Shown here one piece after another: positions 1 through 10,504 of a stretch of 64,000 bases of DNA. The notes under the pieces were generated by a model that saw only the letters and a list, made by a program, of their open reading frames with translations, searched no databases and was not told the DNA's origin. The stretch is from the NCBI GenBank assembly GCA_963843575.1, contig CAWJKZ010000011.1, positions 32,001 through 96,000 on the forward strand, written 5' to 3'. The first letter of the stretch is position 1. The number at the start of each line of letters is the position of its first letter. This DNA comes from an uncultured Acidobacteriota bacterium. Its GTDB lineage: Bacteria > Acidobacteriota > UBA6911. The position numbers and the translations under genes were made by a program.

Positions 1-379
1 GAGCAAGGCGGCGGGATAGCTGAAGAGACTGCTCCGCTCGACATCTGCCAGGGAAGCCGGCCCCCCCCACAACGCTCCTGCCTCTGTTACCTCAAAAATG
101 GCACGCTCCAGTTCCGCAGGGTTCAGCACACTTTGCGCGGCCGGGGCGTGTGTCCTGTCGTCACCCCCCACCGTGCAGTCGTGCTTTAAATAATTCTACA
201 AGGTTTGCAGCCGCAGGCCGATATGGTCGCCGAGTGGGCTGTCAGGCGATTCCTTAACAATTGTTTACCTCGTTTTGACAAGCAGTTTGATCGTTTCTCG
301 TACGATTTAGGCAGCACAGGAGCATTTTCAGGCGAACGAACTGCCGCACGGTGCGGCGTATATAACAAGGAGAAGTCGG

Positions 380-568
380 ATGCTGGCTCAATGGTACAAC
401 TATTTGAAAGTCCGGATGCAGACTTCAAAAAACGAATCCGGGCAGACCATCGTCGAGTATGTGTTGTTGATCGTCCTGGTGGCACTGGCCGTGTTTTTCG
501 CCAGTCCCTCCATAACGAGCGCCGTCCTGGGGGTGTTTACCAAGACCTCCAGCGTTTTGGCAAAGTAG
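380..568 (+). CDS. flp: Flp/Fap type IVb pilin
   Basis: 62 aa; G|QTIVEY prepilin cleavage/Flp motif followed by a hydrophobic helix; AAGGAG RBS upstream; lies ahead of cpaB. Confidence 0.93.
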   Translation: MLAQWYNYLKVRMQTSKNESGQTIVEYVLLIVLVALAVFFASPSITSAVLGVFTKTSSVLAK

Positions 569-573
569 TAAGC

Positions 574-640
574 CCGGGAGAAATTGAAGGGGTGGTAGCC
601 CCTGAGGTCCGCCCCCCTTCTGCCGCCCCTTCATTCCCGG
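574..640 (+). terminator. Large stem-loop after flp (terminator or mRNA stabiliser)
   Basis: TGAAGGGGTGGTAG (585-598) pairs with CTGCCGCCCCTTCA (620-633) using two G-U pairs; CCGGGA (574-579) pairs with TCCCGG (635-640); no clear U-tract. Confidence 0.5.
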
Positions 641-987
641 TTGGATTTCCGATACCGATTTATTAAAAGTTGCTTTGCTGGCGAGCGGGGAGATAGAATC
701 CGCTTCGATCCCCGCTGCCTGGGTGTGACGAGAACCACTCGAACGTCGACGGCTCGGCTGCCTCAAGCAAGTTTCACGACGTGCACTCGCCCTGACAGCT
801 GACAGTGGACCGGCCGCGGCAGGAAGTTTGTGATCCGATCCAGTGGGTCGAAAAATGCAGGGCTGTGACATCGCTCCGGCAGAAACTTCGCTCCTGCCCT
901 TTCCTAGGTCGCTAGGTCCACCTCTGCCAATTAGAGTGCTTACTCCTGTTATGGGCGCCGAGTTCCCCCGGTGCCAGGGATGCGATT

Positions 988-1944
988 ATGAATCGAAATC
1001 GGATGATGGTGTTGGCGGTCATAGCGCTGATTCTCAGTGGGGGCGTAACTTATCTTGCGTATCGCCTGATACAGACGCGCCTTCAACCGGTGAGCCAGAC
1101 CGTTCAAATCGTCGTGGCGGCGGAGAAGCTCCCCCTGGGAACTCGGTTGACCGAGAAACAGGTGAAGCTATCGCCGTGGCCCAAGGCTAACCCGCTCGAG
1201 GGTAGTTTCCCTGAGCCGTCCCAGGTATTGGACCGGGGCGTGATGGTCGAGTTGCTCCCCAACGAGCCGATACTCGAGTCTAAACTCGCACCCAAAGAAG
1301 CCGGGGCGGGGCTGGCGGTTGCGATCCCGGAAGGGATGCGCGCCATCTCCATCCAGGTCAACGCCATTATCGGCGTCACGGGATTCGTTCAGCCCGGGTC
1401 CCGGGTAGACTTGATCCTCACCACCAGTCCCCCAAAGAGCCTTGCCAAGAACCTTGGCAAGAAAGGGACGGTCAGGAATGTCAAAGGTTCGCCGGACGAT
1501 GAGATGGGCTCGAAGATCATCCTGGAGAACCTGCAGGTCCTCGCCGTGGGTCAGAACGTGCAGCGCGACGTGGAGGGGAAGCCCCAGACAGTACAGGAAG
1601 TCACGCTGCTCGTAACCCCGGAGCAGGCCTCAAAGATCGCCCTCGCGACGGGCGACGGACGCATCCAGCTGGCGCTCCGGCATCCACTCGACCGGACGAC
1701 CGTGGATCCGCCTCTGGTTTACAGGTCGGCTCTCTATGAAGGCTCGAAACCGGAAGCAGCTCCACAGGAAGCCGAGCAGCCGGTAGTCCAGAACAGGCGG
1801 CCTCCCGTCAAAGTGCTGCAGGCCCCGCCTCCCCCACCCGCTCCGCCGCCTCCCCGTGTAGTGGCCGTCGAACTGATCCAGGGAGTCAAGCGGGCAACCG
1901 AGACGTTTCAGGAGAAGGACGCGCTTCAGGAGAAAAAACCGTAA
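988..1944 (+). CDS. cpaB: Flp pilus assembly protein CpaB/RcpC
   Basis: N-terminal TM helix, SAF-like VVAAEKLPLG, then IPEGMRAISI..GVTGFVQPGSRVD typical of RcpC. Confidence 0.93.
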   Translation: MNRNRMMVLAVIALILSGGVTYLAYRLIQTRLQPVSQTVQIVVAAEKLPLGTRLTEKQVKLSPWPKANPLEGSFPEPSQVLDRGVMVELLPNEPILESKLAPKEAGAGLAVAIPEGMRAISIQVNAIIGVTGFVQPGSRVDLILTTSPPKSLAKNLGKKGTVRNVKGSPDDEMGSKIILENLQVLAVGQNVQRDVEGKPQTVQEVTLLVTPEQASKIALATGDGRIQLALRHPLDRTTVDPPLVYRSALYEGSKPEAAPQEAEQPVVQNRRPPVKVLQAPPPPPAPPPPRVVAVELIQGVKRATETFQEKDALQEKKP

Positions 1945-2001
1945 GAAGGAGTGAGAGGCGGTTGTGCAGGCCATCTGTTACCTCAGCCATGGGATAATTA
2001 A

Positions 2002-3435
2002 ATGATACGGAAAGCCGCGATAATTGCACCGCTCCTGATCATCCTGCAGGCTCCAGGGTTCTTGGCAGCCGCAGTAACATCGGATTCGCTGGACGCCGCC
2101 GTGCGAACTGCGGAACCGCTTCAGTCTCAGCAGCTTCCACTACCGGCATCCGGCAGCGAGGACGTCCTGCGCGTATTCGAGGGAAAATCCCTGGTCGTGA
2201 ACTCACCCGATGTGCTCAAGCGCGTTTCGGTCACGAACGACCAGATCGCGACCGCCATCGTCGTGTCGCCGAACCAGGTCCTGATCCACGGGCTCAAGAT
2301 CGGGACAGTGTCGCTGCTCCTGTGGAACGATCAGGAGCAGATGCGGGCCTTTGAATTGCAGGTGCTGCAGAATGTTTTCGACTTGGGGGAGCTCAGAGCG
2401 ACACTGGCTAGAGTTCTCCCGGGTGAGAACATCGAGTTGAGTCAATCGGGTGCGTCGATCGTACTGACCGGTGTCGTGTCCTCGTCAGCGGTCGCAGAAC
2501 AGGCCGTGACAGTGGCCAAGACGGAAACCGCAAACGTCGTTAACCTGCTTGGTACGGAACGCGCGGACCAAGTCGTTTTACTTCAGGTGAAGTTTGCGGA
2601 AGTGGACAGGAATGCCGTACAGCAGCTCGGGGCGAACATTATCAGCACAGGAACGCTCAATACGCCTGGGGTCATTTCGACACAACAATTCAGCCCCCCC
2701 GGTGCCACAGACGTAGCTGGAGCCATCGGCGCGCCGACGCAAGGGTTTTCGTCGAGTTTCCGGCTGACTGACATCCTCAATGTTTTCGTCTTCCGTCCCG
2801 ACCTAAACCTCGGACTGATGATCAAAGCCTTGCAGCAGCAGAGCTTGCTGCAGATCCTGGCGGAGCCCAACCTGCTGGCTTTGGCCGGCAAGGAGGCGTC
2901 TTTCCTCGCTGGGGGCGAGTTCCCCGTGCCTATCATCCAGGGATCGACCGGCACGCCCGTGGTGACGGTCCAGTTCAAGGAATTCGGCGTGCGCCTCAAG
3001 TTCCTCGCGGAACCGAACCGGGATGGGACGATTCGCTTGAAGGTCATGCCGGAGGTCAGCTCGCTCGATTTCAACAATGCTGTGACGCTCTCCGGATTTG
3101 TTATACCTGCGCTTTCGACGCGGCGCGCCGAGACCGAGGTTCTGCTGCGGGACGGCCAGAGTTTTGCCGTAGCGGGGCTCCTGGACAATAGAGTCAACAA
3201 GATCAACAGCAAGATACCATGGCTCGGCGACGTTCCTTTTCTGGGAAAGCTCTTTCAGAGCAGTGAATTCCGAAAGTCCAACTCGGAATTGCTGGTGATG
3301 GTGACACCCAAGCTTGTGAAGCCTTTGGAGCCGGGACAGACGGCGCCAACACCCGCATTTCCGGTGCCGTTTCTGGACACAGGCAAGTTTGACGGCAAGC
3401 TGGGAGAAGCCCCACGTTCCGAGAAGCGCCCTTGA
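2002..3435 (+). CDS. cpaC: Tad secretin CpaC/RcpA
   Basis: Signal peptide; secretin motifs QVLLQVKFAEV, LAEPNL..GKEASFLAGGEFPVP, IPWLGDVPFLGKLF. Confidence 0.94.
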   Translation: MIRKAAIIAPLLIILQAPGFLAAAVTSDSLDAAVRTAEPLQSQQLPLPASGSEDVLRVFEGKSLVVNSPDVLKRVSVTNDQIATAIVVSPNQVLIHGLKIGTVSLLLWNDQEQMRAFELQVLQNVFDLGELRATLARVLPGENIELSQSGASIVLTGVVSSSAVAEQAVTVAKTETANVVNLLGTERADQVVLLQVKFAEVDRNAVQQLGANIISTGTLNTPGVISTQQFSPPGATDVAGAIGAPTQGFSSSFRLTDILNVFVFRPDLNLGLMIKALQQQSLLQILAEPNLLALAGKEASFLAGGEFPVPIIQGSTGTPVVTVQFKEFGVRLKFLAEPNRDGTIRLKVMPEVSSLDFNNAVTLSGFVIPALSTRRAETEVLLRDGQSFAVAGLLDNRVNKINSKIPWLGDVPFLGKLFQSSEFRKSNSELLVMVTPKLVKPLEPGQTAPTPAFPVPFLDTGKFDGKLGEAPRSEKRP

Positions 3436-3564
3436 GCGGCAGGTCGGCGTTTGGAAGCCGCCAAACGGTTTGACAGAGGATTCGCAGCACGAGGCAGGTC
3501 GGGACCGAAACTCGAGGCCAGGGGGCCTGTCCGAACCGGTCGTTCTACCTTACGGGTGATTGGT

Positions 3565-4749
3565 ATGACCCAACCGCAGATCACAGTTGCATTGATCGCG
3601 CCCTCCGCCGAAATTCGCGACTCGCTGACGCGTCAGATCGAAGCGACGCAGCTGGCGACGACAAAGACGGCCATCGATACGTACTGCGCCGTCGAAGATG
3701 ACTACTCTACCCAGACCATAATCGAGGCGCGCCCGGATCTCATCATCGTCGATCTGCAAGATCAGAAGGCGGGGATCAAGTCGATCTTCGTGTTGCACGC
3801 GGTGCTGCCGGAGGTGTGGATCAGCGCGAGCTGCGCTTCGAACGACCCGCAGTTGATCATCGAAGCCATGCAGGCCGGGGCGCGCGAGTTCCTGCCGCGG
3901 CCTGTGTCGGCCCGCACCCTGAGCCTGGCGTTCGGCCGCTTCCTGGATGAAAAACAGCGGCACCGCGCCGAAAGGACTCGCGGGAAGCTATATTGCGTGA
4001 CGGCCGCCAAGGGAGGTTCGGGGGCGACGTCGGTCGCCACGAACCTGGCGATCACGGTGGCGGAAATGCCCGATACCCGTGTCGCCCTGGTCGATCTGAA
4101 CAGCCCCGTTGGCGACGTGGCGGCGTACCTGAATGTGAAGGCTCAATACACGGTTTCCGATGCTCTGGCGGCGGCGCCGCGTCTCGATCCCGTGCTCCTG
4201 GATACCTTCATGAGCAAGGCGCACGGTATCTCTCTGCTGGCTGGACCCAAGAAGTACCAGCCCGGTCCCGGCGCCGGCTCTCCCGCCCTGGCGAAGCTAC
4301 TTCGTGTCGTCGCCCAGACCTTCACGCACGTATTTATCGATGTGCCGTCGTCGTTCGAACAGGACTACCTCCAGGTGGTTACGGACATGAGCGAGGCGGT
4401 GCTCGTCGTACTGACGCCTGAACTACCTGCGCTCTGGAGGACTCACCGCCTCGTACTGTTCCTCTCAGGCGCCGGTTGTGCGGACCGCCTGCGCCTCATC
4501 GTCAACCGGGACAGCAGGCGTTACGAACTGAGCGAACGCGAGATTACCAGGATCCTAAGTCATCCGATCTACTGGAGACTTCCCAACAACTACGGATCCG
4601 CCATCCAGGCCATCAACAGCGGCAAACCGATCGTGGCCGTGAATCACTCTGGCCTGTCGAAGAGTTATCAGCGGCTTGCGCACCACCTGACCGGCATGGC
4701 GGTGCCGACGAAACGGCGCGGCCTGATGGGTCTATTCCGAGGTAAGTAA
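3565..4749 (+). CDS. cpaE: CpaE/TadZ (receiver-like domain + MinD/ParA-like ATPase)
   Basis: [10 protein letters not shown] receiver-like region and KGGSGAT deviant Walker A; ATG 3565 preferred over TTG 3451. Confidence 0.9.
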   Translation: MTQPQITVALIAPSAEIRDSLTRQIEATQLATTKTAIDTYCAVEDDYSTQTIIEARPDLIIVDLQDQKAGIKSIFVLHAVLPEVWISASCASNDPQLIIEAMQAGAREFLPRPVSARTLSLAFGRFLDEKQRHRAERTRGKLYCVTAAKGGSGATSVATNLAITVAEMPDTRVALVDLNSPVGDVAAYLNVKAQYTVSDALAAAPRLDPVLLDTFMSKAHGISLLAGPKKYQPGPGAGSPALAKLLRVVAQTFTHVFIDVPSSFEQDYLQVVTDMSEAVLVVLTPELPALWRTHRLVLFLSGAGCADRLRLIVNRDSRRYELSEREITRILSHPIYWRLPNNYGSAIQAINSGKPIVAVNHSGLSKSYQRLAHHLTGMAVPTKRRGLMGLFRGK

Positions 4750-4751
4750 GA

Positions 4752-6038
<1,287 letters not shown>

Positions 6039-6057
6039 GTTTCGTTGAGAGGCGCCC

Positions 6058-7032
6058 GTGAATCTCTATGTTCTAATTCTCCTGATATTTCTCGTGACGC
6101 TCGCGCTCTTGATCAGCGGTCTGTATTTTGTGATAGAAGCGCCGGCCGAGAAGAAGAAGCTGCGGGCTCGAATTCTCTCGACCCAGGACCTGATCAGCCT
6201 CGACTCCGACAACCGCGAAACACAGCTTCTGCGCTCGGAACTGCTCAGCAACGTGCCGCTCTTCAACCAGCTGCTGGCCGGCCTCCCAGGGGTGGAACGC
6301 ATCAGCCTTTTTATCCAGCAATCGGCCATGGAAATTACGGTTGGGATGCTGGTGTTCCTCTCGTTGCTGCTCGCATTGTTTGTGTTTTTGGCGGCGCTCC
6401 TGGCGAACCTGCCCGTGCTCCTGGCTGCCCTGCTCGGGACCATCGGCGGGTCGATTCCGACGCTAGTCATCGCGGTGAAACGGCAAAGACGATTTATGCG
6501 GTTCGAGGAGATTTTCCCCGACGCGATCGACCTTTTGGCCCGCGCGGTCCGGGCGGGCCACGCCTTCACGACCGGCCTCGATATCATCAGTAAGGAGCTT
6601 CCGTCCCCTGTCTCGGACGAATTCCGGCGCACCTACGAGCAGCAGAATCTGGGGTTGCCCCTGCGCGACTCTTTCCTGAACCTGTCCCGGCGCATGCCCC
6701 TTACGGACGTGCGTATCTTCGTAACCGCCCTGACTATCCAGCGTGAGACCGGGGGCAACCTGGCCGAGATTCTCGACAATTTGTCGCGCATCATCCGCGA
6801 GCGCTTCAAACTGATGCGACAGATCCGCACCCACACCGCCCAGGGCAGGCTTTCAATGTATATGCTCGTTGCCATCCCGCCGCTGATGGGGCTGGCGCTA
6901 TTTATTCTGAATCGCGAGTACATCATGCGCCTCTTTACGGATCCCCTAGGCCTCAAATTCCTCACCGTCGGGGTGATCATGCAAGTCATTGGATATTTCG
7001 TAATCCGAAAGGTCATTCAGCCGCGGTTTTAG
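6058..7032 (+). CDS. tadB: Tad platform protein TadB (GspF family)
   Basis: Multiple TM segments; FPDAIDLLARAVRAGH and QRETGGNLAEIL motifs. Confidence 0.92.
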   Translation: MNLYVLILLIFLVTLALLISGLYFVIEAPAEKKKLRARILSTQDLISLDSDNRETQLLRSELLSNVPLFNQLLAGLPGVERISLFIQQSAMEITVGMLVFLSLLLALFVFLAALLANLPVLLAALLGTIGGSIPTLVIAVKRQRRFMRFEEIFPDAIDLLARAVRAGHAFTTGLDIISKELPSPVSDEFRRTYEQQNLGLPLRDSFLNLSRRMPLTDVRIFVTALTIQRETGGNLAEILDNLSRIIRERFKLMRQIRTHTAQGRLSMYMLVAIPPLMGLALFILNREYIMRLFTDPLGLKFLTVGVIMQVIGYFVIRKVIQPRF

Positions 7033-7041
7033 GAGAAAGTC

Positions 7042-7953
7042 ATGGATCTAACCGTCATTCTCGCCGTCCTGGGAGCCTTGCTCTTCCTGACGGTGTTCAG
7101 CCTGGGTTATAGCCTGCTGGCTGGACCTCAAAATCTCGGTCGGAGGGTCAGCGACGCGGAAACGACACCCTCACGGTTCGACTGGCTGCGGGTGATCAGG
7201 AGTTCCGAAAAGGTCTTTAAACCCCTGGGCGGGATGATACCGCGCTCACCGGAAGAAATGTCCAGGCAGGAGCAGCGATTTGTCCGCGCGGGCATCCGGC
7301 GGCGGGATGCACCCCTGCTGTTCTACGGCATTAAAATCGTGCTGGCTGTTCTGCTGCTCGTTGTGTTCGTGGCGTTGGGTTATTTCCGGACAAATCCGGT
7401 TCTCTTCCTGCTGCTCCCGATATTGCTGGGAGCGATGGTTCCGGATCTCTGGTTGAACCATGCTATCAGGAGCCGCAAGGACCGGTTGCAGATGGCGCTG
7501 CCGGACATGCTGGACTTGGCCGTGGTTTGCGTGGAGGCGGGCCTGGGGATGGACCAGTCTCTCATGCGCATCGGGCAGGAACTGAACACGATGTACCCGG
7601 ACCTGAGCGAGGAATTGAATCTCTATAGCCTGGAGGTGAACGCCGGCAGAAAGCGGGCCGAAGCCCTCCGCAACCTCGGGGCTCGAACGGACGTCGATGA
7701 TCTGAAGTCCTTTGTCGCGGTCCTCATCCAGACCGATCGTTTCGGCACCAGCGTCGCCCAGTCGCTCCGCGTCTTCTCGGAAACGCTTCGCACCAAACGC
7801 CGGCAGCGTGCGGAAGAGCACGCGGCCAAGATGAGCATAAAAATGCTTCCCCCGCTGGTGTTCTTCATCTTCCCGGCCATCCTTATTGTGATCCTCGGCC
7901 CGGCGGTCATCGCAATTATCCGGATATTGCTTCCCGGTCTTTCAGGCAGGTAG
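7042..7953 (+). CDS. tadC: Tad platform protein TadC (GspF family)
   Basis: LPDMLDLAVVCVEAGLG, QTDRFGTSVAQSLR, KMLPPLVFFIFPA motifs. Confidence 0.92.
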   Translation: MDLTVILAVLGALLFLTVFSLGYSLLAGPQNLGRRVSDAETTPSRFDWLRVIRSSEKVFKPLGGMIPRSPEEMSRQEQRFVRAGIRRRDAPLLFYGIKIVLAVLLLVVFVALGYFRTNPVLFLLLPILLGAMVPDLWLNHAIRSRKDRLQMALPDMLDLAVVCVEAGLGMDQSLMRIGQELNTMYPDLSEELNLYSLEVNAGRKRAEALRNLGARTDVDDLKSFVAVLIQTDRFGTSVAQSLRVFSETLRTKRRQRAEEHAAKMSIKMLPPLVFFIFPAILIVILGPAVIAIIRILLPGLSGR

Positions 7954-7979
7954 TAGACAGACAGCAAAGGAGAGCTGTA

Positions 7980-8078
7980 ATGGATACAGTCACAACTGCT
8001 CGAGTCGTCGCGGCCGTTCTGTTCGTTGTCGTGCTCGCCATCCTGATCATGCGACTCCGCGGCCAGAAAAAATCGTGA
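7980..8078 (+). CDS. 32-aa single-pass membrane peptide (below ORF-track cutoff)
   Basis: AAGGAG RBS; MDTVTTARVVAAVLFVVVLAILIMRLRGQKKS*; its TGA overlaps the next gene's GTG (GTGA). Confidence 0.65.
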   Translation: MDTVTTARVVAAVLFVVVLAILIMRLRGQKKS

Positions 8079-8443
8079 CCGGCTTCGCCGCGTTCAACCG
8101 CACCAGACGCGTGCTGGTTGCGGCCGACGTGGAAGTTGCCCGTACAGTGTGGAAGCGTGTGAGAGGCCTGATGGGCCGGGCAGCCAGGGATTTTCCCGAA
8201 GGGAAGGGGTTCTGGATCGTCCCCTCCGAAGGGATACACACGCTGGGCATGAGGTTTCCTATCGATGTCTGTTACCTCGATAGGAATGGGCAAATTGTAA
8301 GAGCGTATCACCGTTTGCGCCCCTTCAGATTTGCAGCTGTCCTGTGGCGGGCGCACAGCGTCCTGGAATTGCCGGCGGGGGTGCTCCTGCGCACCTCCAC
8401 CGAGGTTGGCGACACACTGGAAATCAAACCGATCGTGACCTAG
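8075..8443 (+). CDS. DUF192 family protein
   Basis: RVRGLMGR, GIHTLGMRFPIDV and SVLELPAG motifs. Confidence 0.85.
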   Translation: MTGFAAFNRTRRVLVAADVEVARTVWKRVRGLMGRAARDFPEGKGFWIVPSEGIHTLGMRFPIDVCYLDRNGQIVRAYHRLRPFRFAAVLWRAHSVLELPAGVLLRTSTEVGDTLEIKPIVT

Positions 8444-8457
8444 GCGGAGGGGATGAA

Positions 8458-9693
8458 GTGCGACACCGGATCCGGGTTGCGGCTGGCATCTGCCTGCTTG
8501 CCTTGGCCGGTCACGGGTGCCTGAAACGCACCCAACCGGTACCGAACTCAAGCACGCGGACTGCCAATCCTCCGTCGGATACCGATTCCGCCCGCACTGT
8601 TCTGAAGATATCCAGCGGCCCGCCGGTGGACCACGATGCTGCGCTCGCTGGCCTGTACCAGCGCGAACCCAGACTCCTGGAGCTGGCAGGGCGGCTCGAG
8701 GCCAATCCGGCGGACACCGAGGCGATGCAGACCCTGGCCGAGGCCTACTTGCGGGATCAGTTGTACCTCCAGGCACAGAGGCTCTTCCAGCGGCGGCAAC
8801 TGATCGAACCGGATAATGCCGCGCCGTATCTGGGCCTCGCATCAGTCTGGGACGCCATGGGCGACTGGGATGTGGCGTTGGAGCAAGCGAAGCGGGCGGT
8901 CGCCCTGGAACCGAAGTCCCCGCAGTCTCTTGAACTCCTCGGGCGGATTCAACTGCACCGGAAGGAGTACGACGCGGCGCTCTCGTCCTTCCGGGCTGCG
9001 CTCGAGATAGCTCCCGGGAGCGGCGCGCTTCACGCCAACACCGGTTACGTCCACATGCTCCGATCCGAATGGGAAGCCGCCCGGCCTTACCTGCAACGGG
9101 CAGTCGAGATCGACGGCTCCGTGCCCGAAACGCGTAACAATCTAGGCGTCGTTCTCGGCCGGCTCGGAGACGCCGAAGGGGCCCTGGGCCAGTTCCGGGC
9201 CGTGAGCGACGAGGCTTCTGCCCACAATAACCTGGGCGCGGTTTACCTCTCAATGCGGGATTGGGCCAAGGCACAGGAGGAGTTCCGCAAGGCCCTTGCC
9301 TGCAACCCGCAACATGCGAAGGCCCGGTCGAACCTGCAGGAGGCGGGTTCCCATCTCCCCACAAGGCCCGCACCCTCGCCGCCGGCCCACGTGGCTACGT
9401 CCTCCGGGTACTCGATCCAGGTTTTTGCCCTGCGGGACGAAAGCACGGCACGCTCCGCGGCCAAAGCGTTGGAGAAGGCGGGCGTAGTGACGACCGTGGA
9501 ACGAACGGACCTTGACGAGGGCACCTGGTACCGTGGCAGGGTGTATGGGTACGAAACCCTCAGCTCGGCTCTGAAGACGGCGAAGAAGCTGTCCATGGCC
9601 GGCTTGATCAAAAAATATTGGATCGTTCCTCCGGATGAGAAATCAACGGTTGGCTCTTCGAGACCCTCAGAGTCCTCAGAGCCTTCGAGGTGA
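8458..9693 (+). CDS. TPR + SPOR domain lipoprotein (TadD-like)
   Basis: GGAGG RBS and GTG 8458; lipobox-like LAGHGC; tandem TPRs (NNLG repeats); C-terminal SPOR-like YSIQVFA..WYRGRV. Confidence 0.78.
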   Translation: MRHRIRVAAGICLLALAGHGCLKRTQPVPNSSTRTANPPSDTDSARTVLKISSGPPVDHDAALAGLYQREPRLLELAGRLEANPADTEAMQTLAEAYLRDQLYLQAQRLFQRRQLIEPDNAAPYLGLASVWDAMGDWDVALEQAKRAVALEPKSPQSLELLGRIQLHRKEYDAALSSFRAALEIAPGSGALHANTGYVHMLRSEWEAARPYLQRAVEIDGSVPETRNNLGVVLGRLGDAEGALGQFRAVSDEASAHNNLGAVYLSMRDWAKAQEEFRKALACNPQHAKARSNLQEAGSHLPTRPAPSPPAHVATSSGYSIQVFALRDESTARSAAKALEKAGVVTTVERTDLDEGTWYRGRVYGYETLSSALKTAKKLSMAGLIKKYWIVPPDEKSTVGSSRPSESSEPSR

Positions 9694-9731
9694 GTTTTGT
9701 ACGTATGTTCCATTACTGACAGGTGACTTCA

Positions 9732-10424
9732 ATGAGAATGGCTCGATTCCTAATCCCGTCGCTTGCACTGGTATTGCTGGCTTCCTCCGGTTACGCCCAG
9801 GAAAAGAAATACCGGTTCGAGCTATTTGGCGGCGCCAGCTACCCCATCAAGAAGGAATTCCTCATCGGCCACCCGCAATCGTCGACTCCCATCAAAGGAC
9901 AACATGAGTTCTCCGCAGACGCACTGGGGGGTCTGAGGGTCGGGATCGACGGACGCCGGTACTGGGGACAGGACTATTCCTACAGCTATGGCTCCAACGC
10001 CAGCCGCATCGTGACGCCTTTCGGTCGATTCGCTTTCACCAACCGCGTCCACCAGGTTTCCACCAATATCCTCTTCTACCCGTGGAGCCTCGACAACAGG
10101 CACCTGTTCCCTTATGTGACCGGCGGTTTGGGCGCCTCTTTTGTCACGATCTCCCAGGAGACCATCACGCAGGCCCTCGACCCGCTGCGCGCCGGCATCG
10201 GCGCCATGAAGAGCGAGACGATCTTTGCGTTTAACGCGGGCGCCGGGGTGCGCATCCGGTTGAACGACCGATTCGGCGTCAGGCTGGATGCCCGGGATTA
10301 CATGAGCAGGGCCCTGCGCTACGGGCTGCCCAAGACCTCCGACGACCCGAATGCCGCGATCCTGCCGGTCAGCGGAGTCTTTCACCAGCTCGTCGGCTCG
10401 TTCGGGCTGGTCATACACTTCTAA
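9732..10424 (+). CDS. Small outer-membrane beta-barrel protein
   Basis: Signal peptide, amphipathic strands (PYVTGGLG, FNAGAGV, GVRLDARDY), terminal Phe. Confidence 0.8.
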   Translation: MRMARFLIPSLALVLLASSGYAQEKKYRFELFGGASYPIKKEFLIGHPQSSTPIKGQHEFSADALGGLRVGIDGRRYWGQDYSYSYGSNASRIVTPFGRFAFTNRVHQVSTNILFYPWSLDNRHLFPYVTGGLGASFVTISQETITQALDPLRAGIGAMKSETIFAFNAGAGVRIRLNDRFGVRLDARDYMSRALRYGLPKTSDDPNAAILPVSGVFHQLVGSFGLVIHF

Positions 10425-10504
10425 TACGGTGAAAGATCGTGCTGCATTCCTCCTGGATCACAAGGAGTTCGAACATGTGCCATCGGATCGGTCGGGGCAG
10501 ATCA

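Noticed and set aside
1-30. Possible 3' end of a c-di-GMP-I riboswitch upstream of flp (AAGGCGGCGGGATAGC)
   Set aside because: Only a loose resemblance; the diagnostic core would lie outside the window, so an Rfam scan with upstream sequence is needed.
99-116. Sigma54 promoter (TGGCAC) upstream of flp
   Set aside because: No TTGC or GC at the required -12 spacing.
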